Positions 20,244 to 29,467 of a DNA stretch of 64,000 nt are shown piece by piece; the first letter of the stretch is position 1, and each line of letters begins with the position of its first letter. The stretch spans positions 1,376,001-1,440,000 of the forward strand of contig OY969585.1 in NCBI GenBank assembly GCA_963701295.1, read 5' to 3'. Source of the DNA: Ignavibacteriota bacterium. Lineage in GTDB: Bacteria; Bacteroidota; Ignavibacteria; UBA10030. The position numbers were made by a program, and so were the translations under genes. The notes under the pieces are model-generated. The model had not been told where the DNA came from. It did no database searches and saw only the letters and a program-made list of their open reading frames with translations.

Positions 20244-21026
20244 ATGAGATGTTATTGTATCAAAATATTTGGAATTCTAGTATCAGTTCTCGTTTTCTGG
20301 GGATGTCCATCGATTCCACTAAAAGGTGAAAAAGAAATCACCCAAAAACCGGAAATCATTCTTCACATTGCCAGCCTGAATCTCGGCAATTTCAATAAAC
20401 GCATAGAGCAAAAATATATTGTTGAACTTGCGAAAGTACTGAAACGTGAACAGGTGGAAGTGCTCGCAGTCCAGGGGATCTCGCGGTACCTCGGTGTCGC
20501 ATCGCGCGTCGATTTTGTCGATGAGCTTTCTGCAAAAACAGATTGGCGGAATGCATTTGGCGAGATGATGAACATTTCTGGTCGTCAAACCGGCAATGCT
20601 GTTTTCAGTTCCTATCCAATTCTTTCGCAACACAATCAAACATTCGATCATCTGAAGACAGCAAGTTTTGAGGCTGCTTTGCAAGCAACAATAGATGCAG
20701 GTGTGCATTCGCTAGTTGTTGTCAGCGTGCAAATGCCACCCAAAGCAACAGCGGAAGAAGAAGCACAATGCATACGGCTTATTGCTGCATCGAATTCTGA
20801 TGGAAGCAGTCAAACAACTGTCATCACTGGAAATTTACCTTCTTCGGAAGCGGTACACACTTTAAATTCATTTAACGAGGTTCTACAATTCGAATCTGCC
20901 AGAGGCACAACACCAAGTGTTTGGTATTCGGCAAACGCATCGTCTCAACTGCTTGCATCGCGCATAGTGGAAACAGAACTTGGCAGGCTTATTATTGCAC
21001 AATTGGGATTATTTCGGCAGAAATAG
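20244..21026 (+). CDS. endonuclease/exonuclease/phosphatase-fold lipoprotein with degenerate catalytic motifs
   Basis: Lipobox-like VFWGC; IASLNL, VLAVQG, GNAVFSSYP and ITGNL align to EEP motifs. Confidence 0.7.
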   Translation: MRCYCIKIFGILVSVLVFWGCPSIPLKGEKEITQKPEIILHIASLNLGNFNKRIEQKYIVELAKVLKREQVEVLAVQGISRYLGVASRVDFVDELSAKTDWRNAFGEMMNISGRQTGNAVFSSYPILSQHNQTFDHLKTASFEAALQATIDAGVHSLVVVSVQMPPKATAEEEAQCIRLIAASNSDGSSQTTVITGNLPSSEAVHTLNSFNEVLQFESARGTTPSVWYSANASSQLLASRIVETELGRLIIAQLGLFRQK

Positions 21027-21101
21027 CCAACAAGAGCCATGAAGTAGCTTGCGAATCAGAAATTTGGACTAAGTGCTATTTGGACCTTCAATATATCGTC
21101 C

Positions 21102-21130
21102 TTGGATATCGTCTTAAGAACTATTATAAT
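21102..21130 (+). promoter_or_regulatory. sigma70-type promoter (TTGGAT-N17-TATAAT)
   Basis: Consensus -10 with 17-bp spacer upstream of the TPR-receiver pair. Confidence 0.5.
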
Positions 21131-21267
21131 ATATGGGTATATTGTTAAGTATTTGTCTTATGGGAAAACAAGAGGTAAGACAGACGACATCATCGCTTCC
21201 GAATTCCTGTAAACAATAAAAAACAACTTCGGAAACTGTATTCTGGAACAACAATAAATCAGGAACA

Positions 21268-22461
21268 ATGTCTGAAGAAAAAAAACTTGATCCCCAGGCT
21301 TTAAAAGAGCGCATCGGTAAGCATTTGCGAACTGCGGATGAATTTACGCACCAGCAGCGGTATGAAGAAGCTCTCATGGAAATTGAGCGGGCGCTTGAAA
21401 TAGATCCAAAGAATAACTATGCACGTTCCTTCCTCGAGCGAGTCAAGTTGATGCATAAACGTTCTCAACCGAAAGAACTTGACCAAGCGGTATCGGAAGA
21501 AAAATCAGAGGAAGAACGAACAGCTCTTATTTCTCAACATCTTTCTAAGGCAGAAGAGTATATTAACAAGAAAGATTATGCACATGCATTGGAGGAAGTT
21601 GCACGTGTTTACAAAATAGACCCAAAGCATTACTACGCACAAACCTACTCCGAACGAATTGATATTCTTATGCAAGATAAGAGTATTGAAAATGATAAAC
21701 CTGTAGCAACCTTTGTCCAACCCGCAATACCGGATGTTCCGCCTCTACAATCTCCCACAAGAGGCAGTACACTGATGTATTGTGAACTTCTCAAAGAAGT
21801 ATGGTTCGATGGAAAAATAACCGAACAGGAGGCTCATGAACTTAGTACGTTGCGCGAGCTTTTTGGCATCACGCATGAAGAGCATATAAGACTCGAACGG
21901 GAAACAAGAATTGAAGCGTATCTGGAAGCGTTGCGCATTGCATGGCGCGATAATAACCTCAGCGGTTTGGAACAGAAGGCGCTACAGATGATGCTCGATA
22001 AATATGGTATCTCTAAAGAAGAGCAAGCAGAAGCAGAATCACGATATGCAGAGATCAAGAAATCGTCGAAGTCACGAGGCACTATCCTTGTTGTTGATGC
22101 AGATCGACAGACTCTAGTATCATTGAGTAAAGGGCTGCAGCATCACGGACTAACTGTCCTTTTGGCTCAGAAAGCAGAAGATGCGCTGCAGATTCTCAAC
22201 ACTCATACACCAAATATTATCATTTCCGAGATTCTTTTTCCCAAGGATCAAATGGATGGAATAGGATTTCGCAGAAAGTTAAGCGAGCATTCGGCTCTCA
22301 AGCGAACACCGTTCTTTTTTATTAGTTCCATTACCGATAAAAAGGTGATCCATGCATGTTATCGATTAGGCGTCGATCATATTCTTATAAAACCAATCGA
22401 TATGAAAATGCTATTATCAATGATTGAAGGAAAACTTCACGTTTCACCTTTGGATAAATAA
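21268..22461 (+). CDS. TPR-repeat + TerB-like helical repeats + atypical receiver domain protein (paralogue 1)
   Basis: TPR units (ALMEIERALEIDPKN, ALEEVARVYKIDPKH), WFDGKITEQE/WRDNNLS repeats, C-terminal REC (ILVVD, PNIIISE, KP). Confidence 0.75.
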   Translation: MSEEKKLDPQALKERIGKHLRTADEFTHQQRYEEALMEIERALEIDPKNNYARSFLERVKLMHKRSQPKELDQAVSEEKSEEERTALISQHLSKAEEYINKKDYAHALEEVARVYKIDPKHYYAQTYSERIDILMQDKSIENDKPVATFVQPAIPDVPPLQSPTRGSTLMYCELLKEVWFDGKITEQEAHELSTLRELFGITHEEHIRLERETRIEAYLEALRIAWRDNNLSGLEQKALQMMLDKYGISKEEQAEAESRYAEIKKSSKSRGTILVVDADRQTLVSLSKGLQHHGLTVLLAQKAEDALQILNTHTPNIIISEILFPKDQMDGIGFRRKLSEHSALKRTPFFFISSITDKKVIHACYRLGVDHILIKPIDMKMLLSMIEGKLHVSPLDK

Positions 22462-22469
22462 TCCTTTTC

Positions 22470-23834
22470 ATGTTTAAAAAGAAAATATCCCCAGTCGATC
22501 CTTTTAAAGACCGCGTCAGTAAGCATCTTCGTACGGCCGATGAATTGGTACGGCAAAAAAAATATGACAACGCCTTGTTGGAAATTGAATCCGCTTTCGA
22601 AATCGACCCTAAAAACATGTACATCCGTTCCTTCCTTGAACGCACGCGCTATTTAATCCAGAAGGAAAACGAAAGACGGGCGAAAGTATTCGATGAAATG
22701 GATATGCCCCTCGAACGCCGGATGCAAACCATTTCACGTCTGCTTGCATCCGCAGAAGAATTTATCAAAGTCAAATTGTACCATCGTGCATTAGGAGTTG
22801 TTGCGAAGGTTTATCAAATCGACCCGAAGAATCACTATGCGCAGTTATATTCTGATCGTATTGAAGAATTAATGCTTGCTGAAGCGGCTGGCAAAGGAAA
22901 CGTCGATCTCAAACCCCCTCGCCGTAGTGAACCCGAAGTGTACGCTCCCCCTGCAACTGAGCCACCTGCACTTGTCCAGGAAGACATTCCCAAGCCGACC
23001 GTACTTAAACAGGACACCGCCCCCAATCGTCCTGCACTCATGCAAGGTGACACTCCCAAGCCGAGCAAAAAAGACCAAACACAACAACAACCACTATCAA
23101 AAAGTGAGCCGCAGGAAGAAGCTGGCCGTTTTGCATTGTACCGGGAGCTTCTCAGGGAATGCTGGGCGGATGGTGTTATTACTCCTGAAGAATCTGCTAT
23201 GTTGCATCGCGTGCGCACTCAGTCATCGATTACGTTTGAAGACCATTGTCGACTCGAAGTGGACATCAAGATCGACGCGTATGTCGATGCGCTGCACATT
23301 GTTTGGCAAGACGGTGTGGTGACCGATAATGAACAGGAAGTATTGGATATTATGCGCAAGAAATTCGGAATAACACCGGAAGATCAAGCTGCGGCAGAAA
23401 AGAGATTCTCTTTATTACGCACGACTACTGAAATAAAGGAAACAATCCTGATTGTTGACCCGGATCAAGATGACTTAATTTCTATTGCGCGCGCTCTCAT
23501 TGGTCAAGGATATGACGTAAGAGTAGCACGGCACCCGGATGAGGCCATTCTCTTCATGAAAACGAATACACCTGATCTCATCCTTAGCGAAGTTGTTTTC
23601 CCGCAATTAGACACCGACGGATTTGAATTTTATCAGAAAGTGCGTTCAAATAAGCAATGGAATCATATTCCGTTTTTGATGATGACCTATCCTGGTGACG
23701 CCCGCATCGTGAGAGCAGGATTACGCATGGGTGTGGATTACTTCCTTCCCAAACCTTTGCATATCGATTTTATGGTGGCAATCGTAGAAGGCAAACTCAA
23801 ATCAGGGCGGCAGCTCACAACATCAACAAAGTAA
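22470..23834 (+). CDS. TPR-repeat + TerB-like helical repeats + atypical receiver domain protein (paralogue 2)
   Basis: Same architecture; WADGVITPEE/WQDGVVTDNE repeats, Pro-rich linker, REC (ILIVD, PDLILSE, PKP). Confidence 0.75.
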   Translation: MFKKKISPVDPFKDRVSKHLRTADELVRQKKYDNALLEIESAFEIDPKNMYIRSFLERTRYLIQKENERRAKVFDEMDMPLERRMQTISRLLASAEEFIKVKLYHRALGVVAKVYQIDPKNHYAQLYSDRIEELMLAEAAGKGNVDLKPPRRSEPEVYAPPATEPPALVQEDIPKPTVLKQDTAPNRPALMQGDTPKPSKKDQTQQQPLSKSEPQEEAGRFALYRELLRECWADGVITPEESAMLHRVRTQSSITFEDHCRLEVDIKIDAYVDALHIVWQDGVVTDNEQEVLDIMRKKFGITPEDQAAAEKRFSLLRTTTEIKETILIVDPDQDDLISIARALIGQGYDVRVARHPDEAILFMKTNTPDLILSEVVFPQLDTDGFEFYQKVRSNKQWNHIPFLMMTYPGDARIVRAGLRMGVDYFLPKPLHIDFMVAIVEGKLKSGRQLTTSTK

Positions 23835-23999
23835 ATTACTATAAATACTTTGGAAGAATTCTCAAGAACATACGCACATATTGATTTTTATAGTTTACGG
23901 TGTGTATGGAGTATTCTTCATAGTGTGAAACAACGTGCACCATTATCAAAAATGCACGCTTCGCATAAGTTTATTTTAGAATACTAGTCTGGTTGTGTT

Positions 24000-25214
24000 C
24001 TATTCCAAATTGATCGTCTCGCCAATTCTGGGGAGATGAATAAGCTTGAGTTCCTTTTTTCCATCCTTGGTAACCATCGCATGTTCGAAATAAAATTTGA
24101 TGCCTTTTGCTGTTTGCAAGTAGGGCGAATCCTGCAGGTGATAATGAATCACAGGTTCAGTTGCGCTGCCGGAACTTCCACATAGTGCTATCACTTGCCC
24201 CCGTGTCACCTTATCACCTACTCTTACCCGAATGCTTCCCTGTTTTAAAAAAGCGAGAACCGAATACTCACGATTGGAATGCTGAATGATAATCGCGTTG
24301 CCGATAGATGCGTAGGGATTACGCAAACCGGGAGAATTTTCGCGGATGCCGTCAATCGCTTCGACGACAGTTCCGTTTGCTGGAGCGAGCACTTCCTTTC
24401 CATACCCGAAGTAATCTTCATTTGCCTTCCCGTCATTCTTATAACGTGATCCGACCGTATCCTTTGCTGAAAATTCATATGCATACTGTTGCTGCAATAA
24501 GTTGTTTTGTACGGCACCTTCATGCAATTCTCCACCAGCGATAACAGTCCAAGTGCCCTTGAATGGGGGATACAATTCTGTTTGTTGTTTATCCGGCACA
24601 ACAGGAACAACAGGTTGTTTAACTGTTGGGCTCGTTGTTAGAGTTGATGCTGGGAGTGATGGTGCGGGTGTGGTTTGTGTTGGTATCGATTTCGGTTCAA
24701 CGTTCGGAATCGGAGTTGTTGTTTTCGCAGATGTTTGTGCCGGCGCTGGTTTTGGTTCAATGGTCTGACTTGGATTTGTTGTTTGAGTAGTAGTAGGTGT
24801 TGGTGAAGGCTTTGGTTCTTGTATTGTTTGAGGTTCAGGAATGGCATGGGTTGTAAAAATAAACCCTTTGATTTTCTCTTGATCGTTGATATAGAGTGTT
24901 AGGTCCTGAGCACCGTGCTCAAAATATATCACGCAAATTGCCTGATCTATAGCCTTAACCTGAGGCGAATCAACCCTGGTTACATTCCCATATTGGGATT
25001 CGTAATTTTTGAATAAGAGTGTTGTGTTGTTGAGTGGAAATGCAGCCGTCATTCCGGTATCGTACTCACGTTCAATTCCGGCGTAATCTTGTTTATTCAT
25101 CGCTTCAATCAAACGGCTAATGACCCTTGCAAACCGTTCAGCTCCCTGTTGCTGTGCAAAAGATGTCAGTGTCCAGATAACGATGAATAGAATTATTCCT
25201 GTTGTTTTCCTCAT
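24000..25214 (-). CDS. secreted protein: DUF3887-like N-terminus, Pro/Thr linker, M23-like domain with degenerate zinc ligands
   Basis: Signal peptide; EVLAPANGTVV, GNAIIIQH, VRVGDKVTRGQ, CGSSG M23 scaffold. Confidence 0.75.
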   Translation of the reverse strand: MRKTTGIILFIVIWTLTSFAQQQGAERFARVISRLIEAMNKQDYAGIEREYDTGMTAAFPLNNTTLLFKNYESQYGNVTRVDSPQVKAIDQAICVIYFEHGAQDLTLYINDQEKIKGFIFTTHAIPEPQTIQEPKPSPTPTTTQTTNPSQTIEPKPAPAQTSAKTTTPIPNVEPKSIPTQTTPAPSLPASTLTTSPTVKQPVVPVVPDKQQTELYPPFKGTWTVIAGGELHEGAVQNNLLQQQYAYEFSAKDTVGSRYKNDGKANEDYFGYGKEVLAPANGTVVEAIDGIRENSPGLRNPYASIGNAIIIQHSNREYSVLAFLKQGSIRVRVGDKVTRGQVIALCGSSGSATEPVIHYHLQDSPYLQTAKGIKFYFEHAMVTKDGKKELKLIHLPRIGETINLE

Positions 25215-25344
25215 GGTCGTCCCTTCCATACAACTCTATCTCTTATGGTATATAATACTCAGAAATCAACCCACGCTTCACCAACCGGATTGATGAAGGT
25301 TAGCACGTTTTTTAGTAAGAATCAATATCCGAATGATCCTTGTA

Positions 25345-25381
25345 CAATACAAAAGGCAGGTGTTACCTGCCTTTTGTATTG
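25345..25381. terminator. inverted repeat, likely bidirectional Rho-independent terminator
   Basis: CAATACAAAAGGCAGGT-GTT-ACCTGCCTTTTGTATTG perfect 17-bp arms, 20 bp past the stop of the gene ending at 25401. Confidence 0.75.
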
Positions 25382-25400
25382 CATTTCTGACAGAATAAAT

Positions 25401-25988
25401 CTAAAACTTTCCGAACTCCAATGTTAGAACAACCGCCAGTCCACTCAAGTCGGCATTCGTTGATAGCGTGCTCTTCAATCCGTTAACGTATCGGTAACTT
25501 ACACCGCCTGCAATACGAAAGAAATGAGTCACATTCAGATTTGCGTGGGCACTGGGTTCCAGTACGAAAAATGATTCCATGGTACGATGATTATCAAACA
25601 TATCGTTAACATTGTCTTTGAATCCTATGCTGCCACCGCCGATTAATAATCCTAAGGAAAGATGAACAAGATCGTTGGATGATGCAATATACTCAAGATC
25701 CAAACCGCCGTATCCCATTTGTATGAATTAATGAACAGAATCAGTATTTTTTGCATTCACATTCGTTACCAACCCGTAGCCGGCTCCGCCAAGGACAAAC
25801 GTATGATTAATGATCCAACCACCGCATCCACCAATTAACACAGCGGTTTCCCCGTTGATACTGGTAACTTTCACAGCAGGTCCGCCAAAACCTCCGCTTT
25901 CAATATCTCCATCACCTATGAGTGTTTGTTCTTGCGAAAAAGCAGGAAGAGTTAGTATTACGAAGAGAAGAAATAGTACATACTTCAT
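25401..25988 (-). pseudogene. outer-membrane beta-barrel protein interrupted by an in-frame TAA at 25728-25730
   Basis: ORFs 25728..25988 and 25401..25718 share a frame (TDSVH*FIQMGYGG); signal peptide, SGGFGGP, C-terminal FGKF. Confidence 0.7.
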
Positions 25989-26312
25989 ATGTACTCCATT
26001 TATTTATGCAAATTTTTATTGTTATTACTGCAGATAGAACTTAAAAAATGACACAAAAAAACATGAATGTTGCACGCGATTTGTTCTTTTCCAACATTCA
26101 AAATTTCATGAAAGAGCATCATGGACTTATAATGCTATAGCGGATTATAATAAATAAAAACAAAAAAATGAATACCAACTGATTGCTCAACCATGTTACT
26201 ACCCTATCCTTCGATTGGCACAAGAGTTTAGGTTTTCGAACAGCTTATCGTGTGAATGTCAAAGGTGCAAAAATCAAGTATAACACTCTTGAGTAAAATC
26301 TCTTACCATAGT

Positions 26313-26762
26313 TTATTGCTCCTTGGGAACATTCCCGGTTGGTATGTTCATTTGCGTATGAATCTCTCGTAGCAATTTGAAAGTGAGCCAGAAAGCGATT
26401 ACTTCTAAAACCAGCACAAGTCCGAACGATCCTTCATAAAGAATTTTCCAGATCGATGAAGGTTCTTGCTGTGTAATCGGAGGTAATGCCGTGAATCGAG
26501 TAACAATATTATAGATCAAATCTGAAGGCAAGATACCAAGCAAAACAACCGCTCCCTGCCGAGCAAACTGCGTTGACAAAAAGAAGACTACCAGCAGTGG
26601 TGCCAAGCAAAGAAATAAGAGAAGCGGCATGTACGGAGTCAGAGAATAGATGAGATCAATCTTTTCGTGAGCATAACTGTTGATAACCAGCAGGGCTGTA
26701 TGAGCTGAGATGACATACATTACCTGCTTTGCCAGTGAACGGATACTTTCAGTCAGTACCAT
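26313..26762 (-). CDS. hypothetical membrane protein (about 4 TM)
   Basis: 149-aa ORF with AAGGAG RBS and hydrophobic segments. Confidence 0.65.
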   Translation of the reverse strand: MVLTESIRSLAKQVMYVISAHTALLVINSYAHEKIDLIYSLTPYMPLLLFLCLAPLLVVFFLSTQFARQGAVVLLGILPSDLIYNIVTRFTALPPITQQEPSSIWKILYEGSFGLVLVLEVIAFWLTFKLLREIHTQMNIPTGNVPKEQ

Positions 26763-26799
26763 ATGTTCTCCTTTTATAAATTGAATAACAGTACATAAG

Positions 26800-27954
26800 T
26801 TATTTCTGGATGATTCTGTGCGCTAGAACGAATCGGTTCAGGAGCGATTCTTCGAAATAATTCGATGAAGGATCAAAACTGCCTAATCGTACTCCCCCTG
26901 GTACTGCACTATGAATAAATAATTTATTCCCGAGTGAGAGAGCAACATGGGTAATATGTTTCGGTTGTCTTCCTTTTGTCCTCTGGCAAAAGAAAAGAAG
27001 ATCACCTTTTTGGAGATTCTCAAAATTTTTCCCCGGATCGATTGGCATTCCTTGGTCCGCTTGCTGATCAGCATCACGGTGTAGCTCCATTCCATTCAAT
27101 CGATATACCATTTTGACAAATCCTGAACAATCCATTCCTTTCACCGATGTTCCGCCCCAAAGATATGGAATACCCAAAAACGCTTTTGCAGTCTTTTCAA
27201 GATTGTCTCCCGTGAGCACGCGGCTTTTATTCCAACCATCGAGATTCTGAACAAAGGAGTCCCGCACAAAACCTTTTCGCCCATCGGCAAGTTCCACTAT
27301 AGTCCACCCGTTATTCTTACCGCTGTTTTTCAAAATACATCCGGCAACAACATTACAAAGTGGCATTGAGGATGAGTCAGGTGTCTTACGAACGATACAT
27401 TTCAATTCTGTGATAATCACTTTGTGTGCAGTGTTCCACGTCTTCACGTCAGTTTGATCTGTCATGTAGAGTGATGCTCCATCGATCCACCCAAGATATC
27501 GGTCGGGCATTTGAATGAAGCAATATCCATCGGCCTTCTTCAACAACTTTACTGTTGTGCCCATTAATACTTGCGTTATGAGTTCTCCCTGCTTGCGGGG
27601 TTCGTGTCGAATATCTCCTACGTTGATAATGACGATACCATTTCTGTAGTTTCCCAGTGTTAGATCGGGAAGCACATAAATGCTGTCAATCACCTTTTCT
27701 TTCAAATTCTTATGCAGTGCGTCGAGCAGTGCGTTCTTTGCTGCAAGAGTATCAACTTCTCCGAAGAGTACAATTCCTGTCTTTGTCTGCTTATAAGAAA
27801 TATCGAAGACCGCCGTCCGCTTGTCCGGCGCGTACTGCTGTTGTATAGATTGAAGAATGCGTTCGATGAAACTGTTTTGATCTGTTGCTCTTGCTTCAAA
27901 GGCAAGGAGGACGAAAAAGATGACGGCGACAAAACTTATGCGATATGCTTTCAT
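26800..27954 (-). CDS. NlpC/P60 (C40) peptidase with SH3-like domains
   Basis: Signal peptide, YLGW/KGFV SH3 motifs, GIPYLWGG, DCSGF, HVAL, FIHS. Confidence 0.9.
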   Translation of the reverse strand: MKAYRISFVAVIFFVLLAFEARATDQNSFIERILQSIQQQYAPDKRTAVFDISYKQTKTGIVLFGEVDTLAAKNALLDALHKNLKEKVIDSIYVLPDLTLGNYRNGIVIINVGDIRHEPRKQGELITQVLMGTTVKLLKKADGYCFIQMPDRYLGWIDGASLYMTDQTDVKTWNTAHKVIITELKCIVRKTPDSSSMPLCNVVAGCILKNSGKNNGWTIVELADGRKGFVRDSFVQNLDGWNKSRVLTGDNLEKTAKAFLGIPYLWGGTSVKGMDCSGFVKMVYRLNGMELHRDADQQADQGMPIDPGKNFENLQKGDLLFFCQRTKGRQPKHITHVALSLGNKLFIHSAVPGGVRLGSFDPSSNYFEESLLNRFVLAHRIIQK

Positions 27955-27999
27955 CGATACACTATTGAATTGTAAGCGCTGGGAAATATGTATAACAGA

Positions 28000-28028
28000 A
28001 ATATACAGGAAATCTCTTCCTTGGTCAA
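28000..28028 (-). promoter_or_regulatory. sigma70-type promoter (TTGACC-N17-TATATT)
   Basis: 17-bp spacer, 46 bp upstream of the C40 peptidase ATG. Confidence 0.6.
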
Positions 28029-28047
28029 ACGTTGCGGGCGTTGTAGT

Positions 28048-28689
28048 TTAGATTTGCTGCTGCAGCCAGGTTGAGATGTCTGAGAGACTTTCATCACTGA
28101 TCGTGTGCTGGATAGGATATTCGCGATAAAGAACGTTCGCGTTCGCTTGTTTAAGCAATCGATGTGCCTGTCTGCCTAATTCGATCGGAACAATGGGGTC
28201 TTGTTCGCCGTGTGCAATGAAGAATGAAAGAGCGCCCAAATCATCCCATCGATAGGATAGCCGCTCGTGTTGGGGCAGCACACCGCTGTGTGCAATGATA
28301 CCTTTGAAGCGCTTTGGACTTGAAAGCGATACCGCCAGCGACATCATTGCTCCCATGCTGAATCCAAACAGAAACAGCCTGCTTGAATCAACAGGATATT
28401 TCTGCTGAAAATCATCTAACCACAGAAGAAAAGAATCACGGCTCTTGAGAAGTTGATCGATGTTCACAGCGCCGTTCTCATCTAGGTCAAACCATGTATA
28501 CCCGCCATTGGGAAACCTGTACGGTGCCCGCACACTGGCGATGAGCAAATGTGGATCGAGGCAGGGTGTCAACCCGAAAAGATCGTTTTCGTCGGTTCCC
28601 CGGCCGTGCAGGAAGACAAGCGCCGGATGCAGACCTGATTCTTTAGTACTCAGAGGGGCGATTTTAGAGAAGAGCGATGGTGATTCCAT
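28048..28689 (-). CDS. phospholipase/carboxylesterase (alpha/beta hydrolase)
   Basis: FLHGRG, GFSMG nucleophile elbow, HGEQDPIVP, catalytic H in IQHTI. Confidence 0.88.
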   Translation of the reverse strand: MESPSLFSKIAPLSTKESGLHPALVFLHGRGTDENDLFGLTPCLDPHLLIASVRAPYRFPNGGYTWFDLDENGAVNIDQLLKSRDSFLLWLDDFQQKYPVDSSRLFLFGFSMGAMMSLAVSLSSPKRFKGIIAHSGVLPQHERLSYRWDDLGALSFFIAHGEQDPIVPIELGRQAHRLLKQANANVLYREYPIQHTISDESLSDISTWLQQQI

Positions 28690-28736
28690 AACAATCTGAT
28701 AAGCAAAAAAATAAGAGGAACGTAGAAAAATGACTA

Positions 28737-29141
28737 TTACTGTTTCGATGATCGGATCAACTCGTCGATGCTGCTGGGGCGCAGCAACATTAAGATAGAT
28801 GAATGTGAGACAATGAGATACTTTTCGCCTTCGAATTCAACTTCAATAGCGGCATCACGTATGAAAATAGCGTAATCACCTTCTTCAGCCTGCAGGGGAA
28901 GGTACTTGATAGGATCTTTGGGAGTTGTAGACCATGATTCCTGATCCATGAATTGCGGATTAGGCACCGCATAACCTGGACCAACGCGTACCACGTATCC
29001 GCTCTGGACCTTGTCTTTTTCCTTCACACCGGGAGGGAGATATAAGCCATGATTTGTCCGCTCACTCTCTTTATCGGGGGCGAGGAGTACCTTATCGCCG
29101 ACAAGGATAATTTTATTCCTGGATTTCAATTCCATATTCAA
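28737..29141 (-). CDS. GroES-like co-chaperonin (stand-alone)
   Basis: GDKVL, GLYLP mobile loop, VGPG, EGD, FEGEKYLI; no groEL adjacent. Confidence 0.8.
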   Translation of the reverse strand: MNMELKSRNKIILVGDKVLLAPDKESERTNHGLYLPPGVKEKDKVQSGYVVRVGPGYAVPNPQFMDQESWSTTPKDPIKYLPLQAEEGDYAIFIRDAAIEVEFEGEKYLIVSHSSILMLLRPSSIDELIRSSKQ

Positions 29142-29166
29142 TTCATAATTTTTTTATCACAATTCG

Positions 29167-29241
29167 TCGGGACGGCGGGATTTGAACCCGCGACCCCTTG
29201 CACCCCAAGCAAGTGCGCTAGCCGGGCTGCGCCACGTCCCG
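29167..29241 (-). tRNA. tRNA-Pro (TGG)
   Basis: Minus strand CGGGACGTGGCGCAGCCCGGCTAGCGCACTTGCTTGGGGTGCAAGGGGTCGCGGGTTCAAATCCCGCCGTCCCGA; acceptor stem CGGGACG/CGTCCCG, GGTTCAAATCC T-arm; CCA not encoded. Confidence 0.95.
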
Positions 29242-29316
29242 AAGAAAATCGAGGTTTCTAAAAAGATATTACCATTCAAAAACCTACGAATTAAATCTAC
29301 AAGTCACCCCTTGGCT

Positions 29317-29467
29317 ACCCAACGGTAACCACCAGCCTATTGGTTACTTGTTTGTCTAATATAGCAATATGTATCACGTTTAGCAATTATGAATTTTGCA
29401 GTGAGCCTGCCCGCCATACTTTATATTTTGGCGCGCTCATTCCGCCAGCTTGAGCGCCTGGTTAGGC
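29317..29467 (-). mobile_element. attC-like site of cassette 2 (R'' and L'' clear, R' end degenerate)
   Basis: Minus-strand GCCTAACCAGGCGCTCAAGCT overlaps the gene stop codon; candidate R' GTTGGGT at 29317-29323 lacks a clear L' box. Confidence 0.55.

Noticed and set aside
26216-26230. TGGCAC-N5-TTTA as a sigma54 promoter
   Set aside because: It lacks the -12 GC and has no plus-strand gene downstream.
29167-29241. tRNA-Pro as the attB of a prophage or island
   Set aside because: I saw no duplicated tRNA 3' end, integrase or phage genes, and the variable DNA lies on the 5' side of the tRNA.
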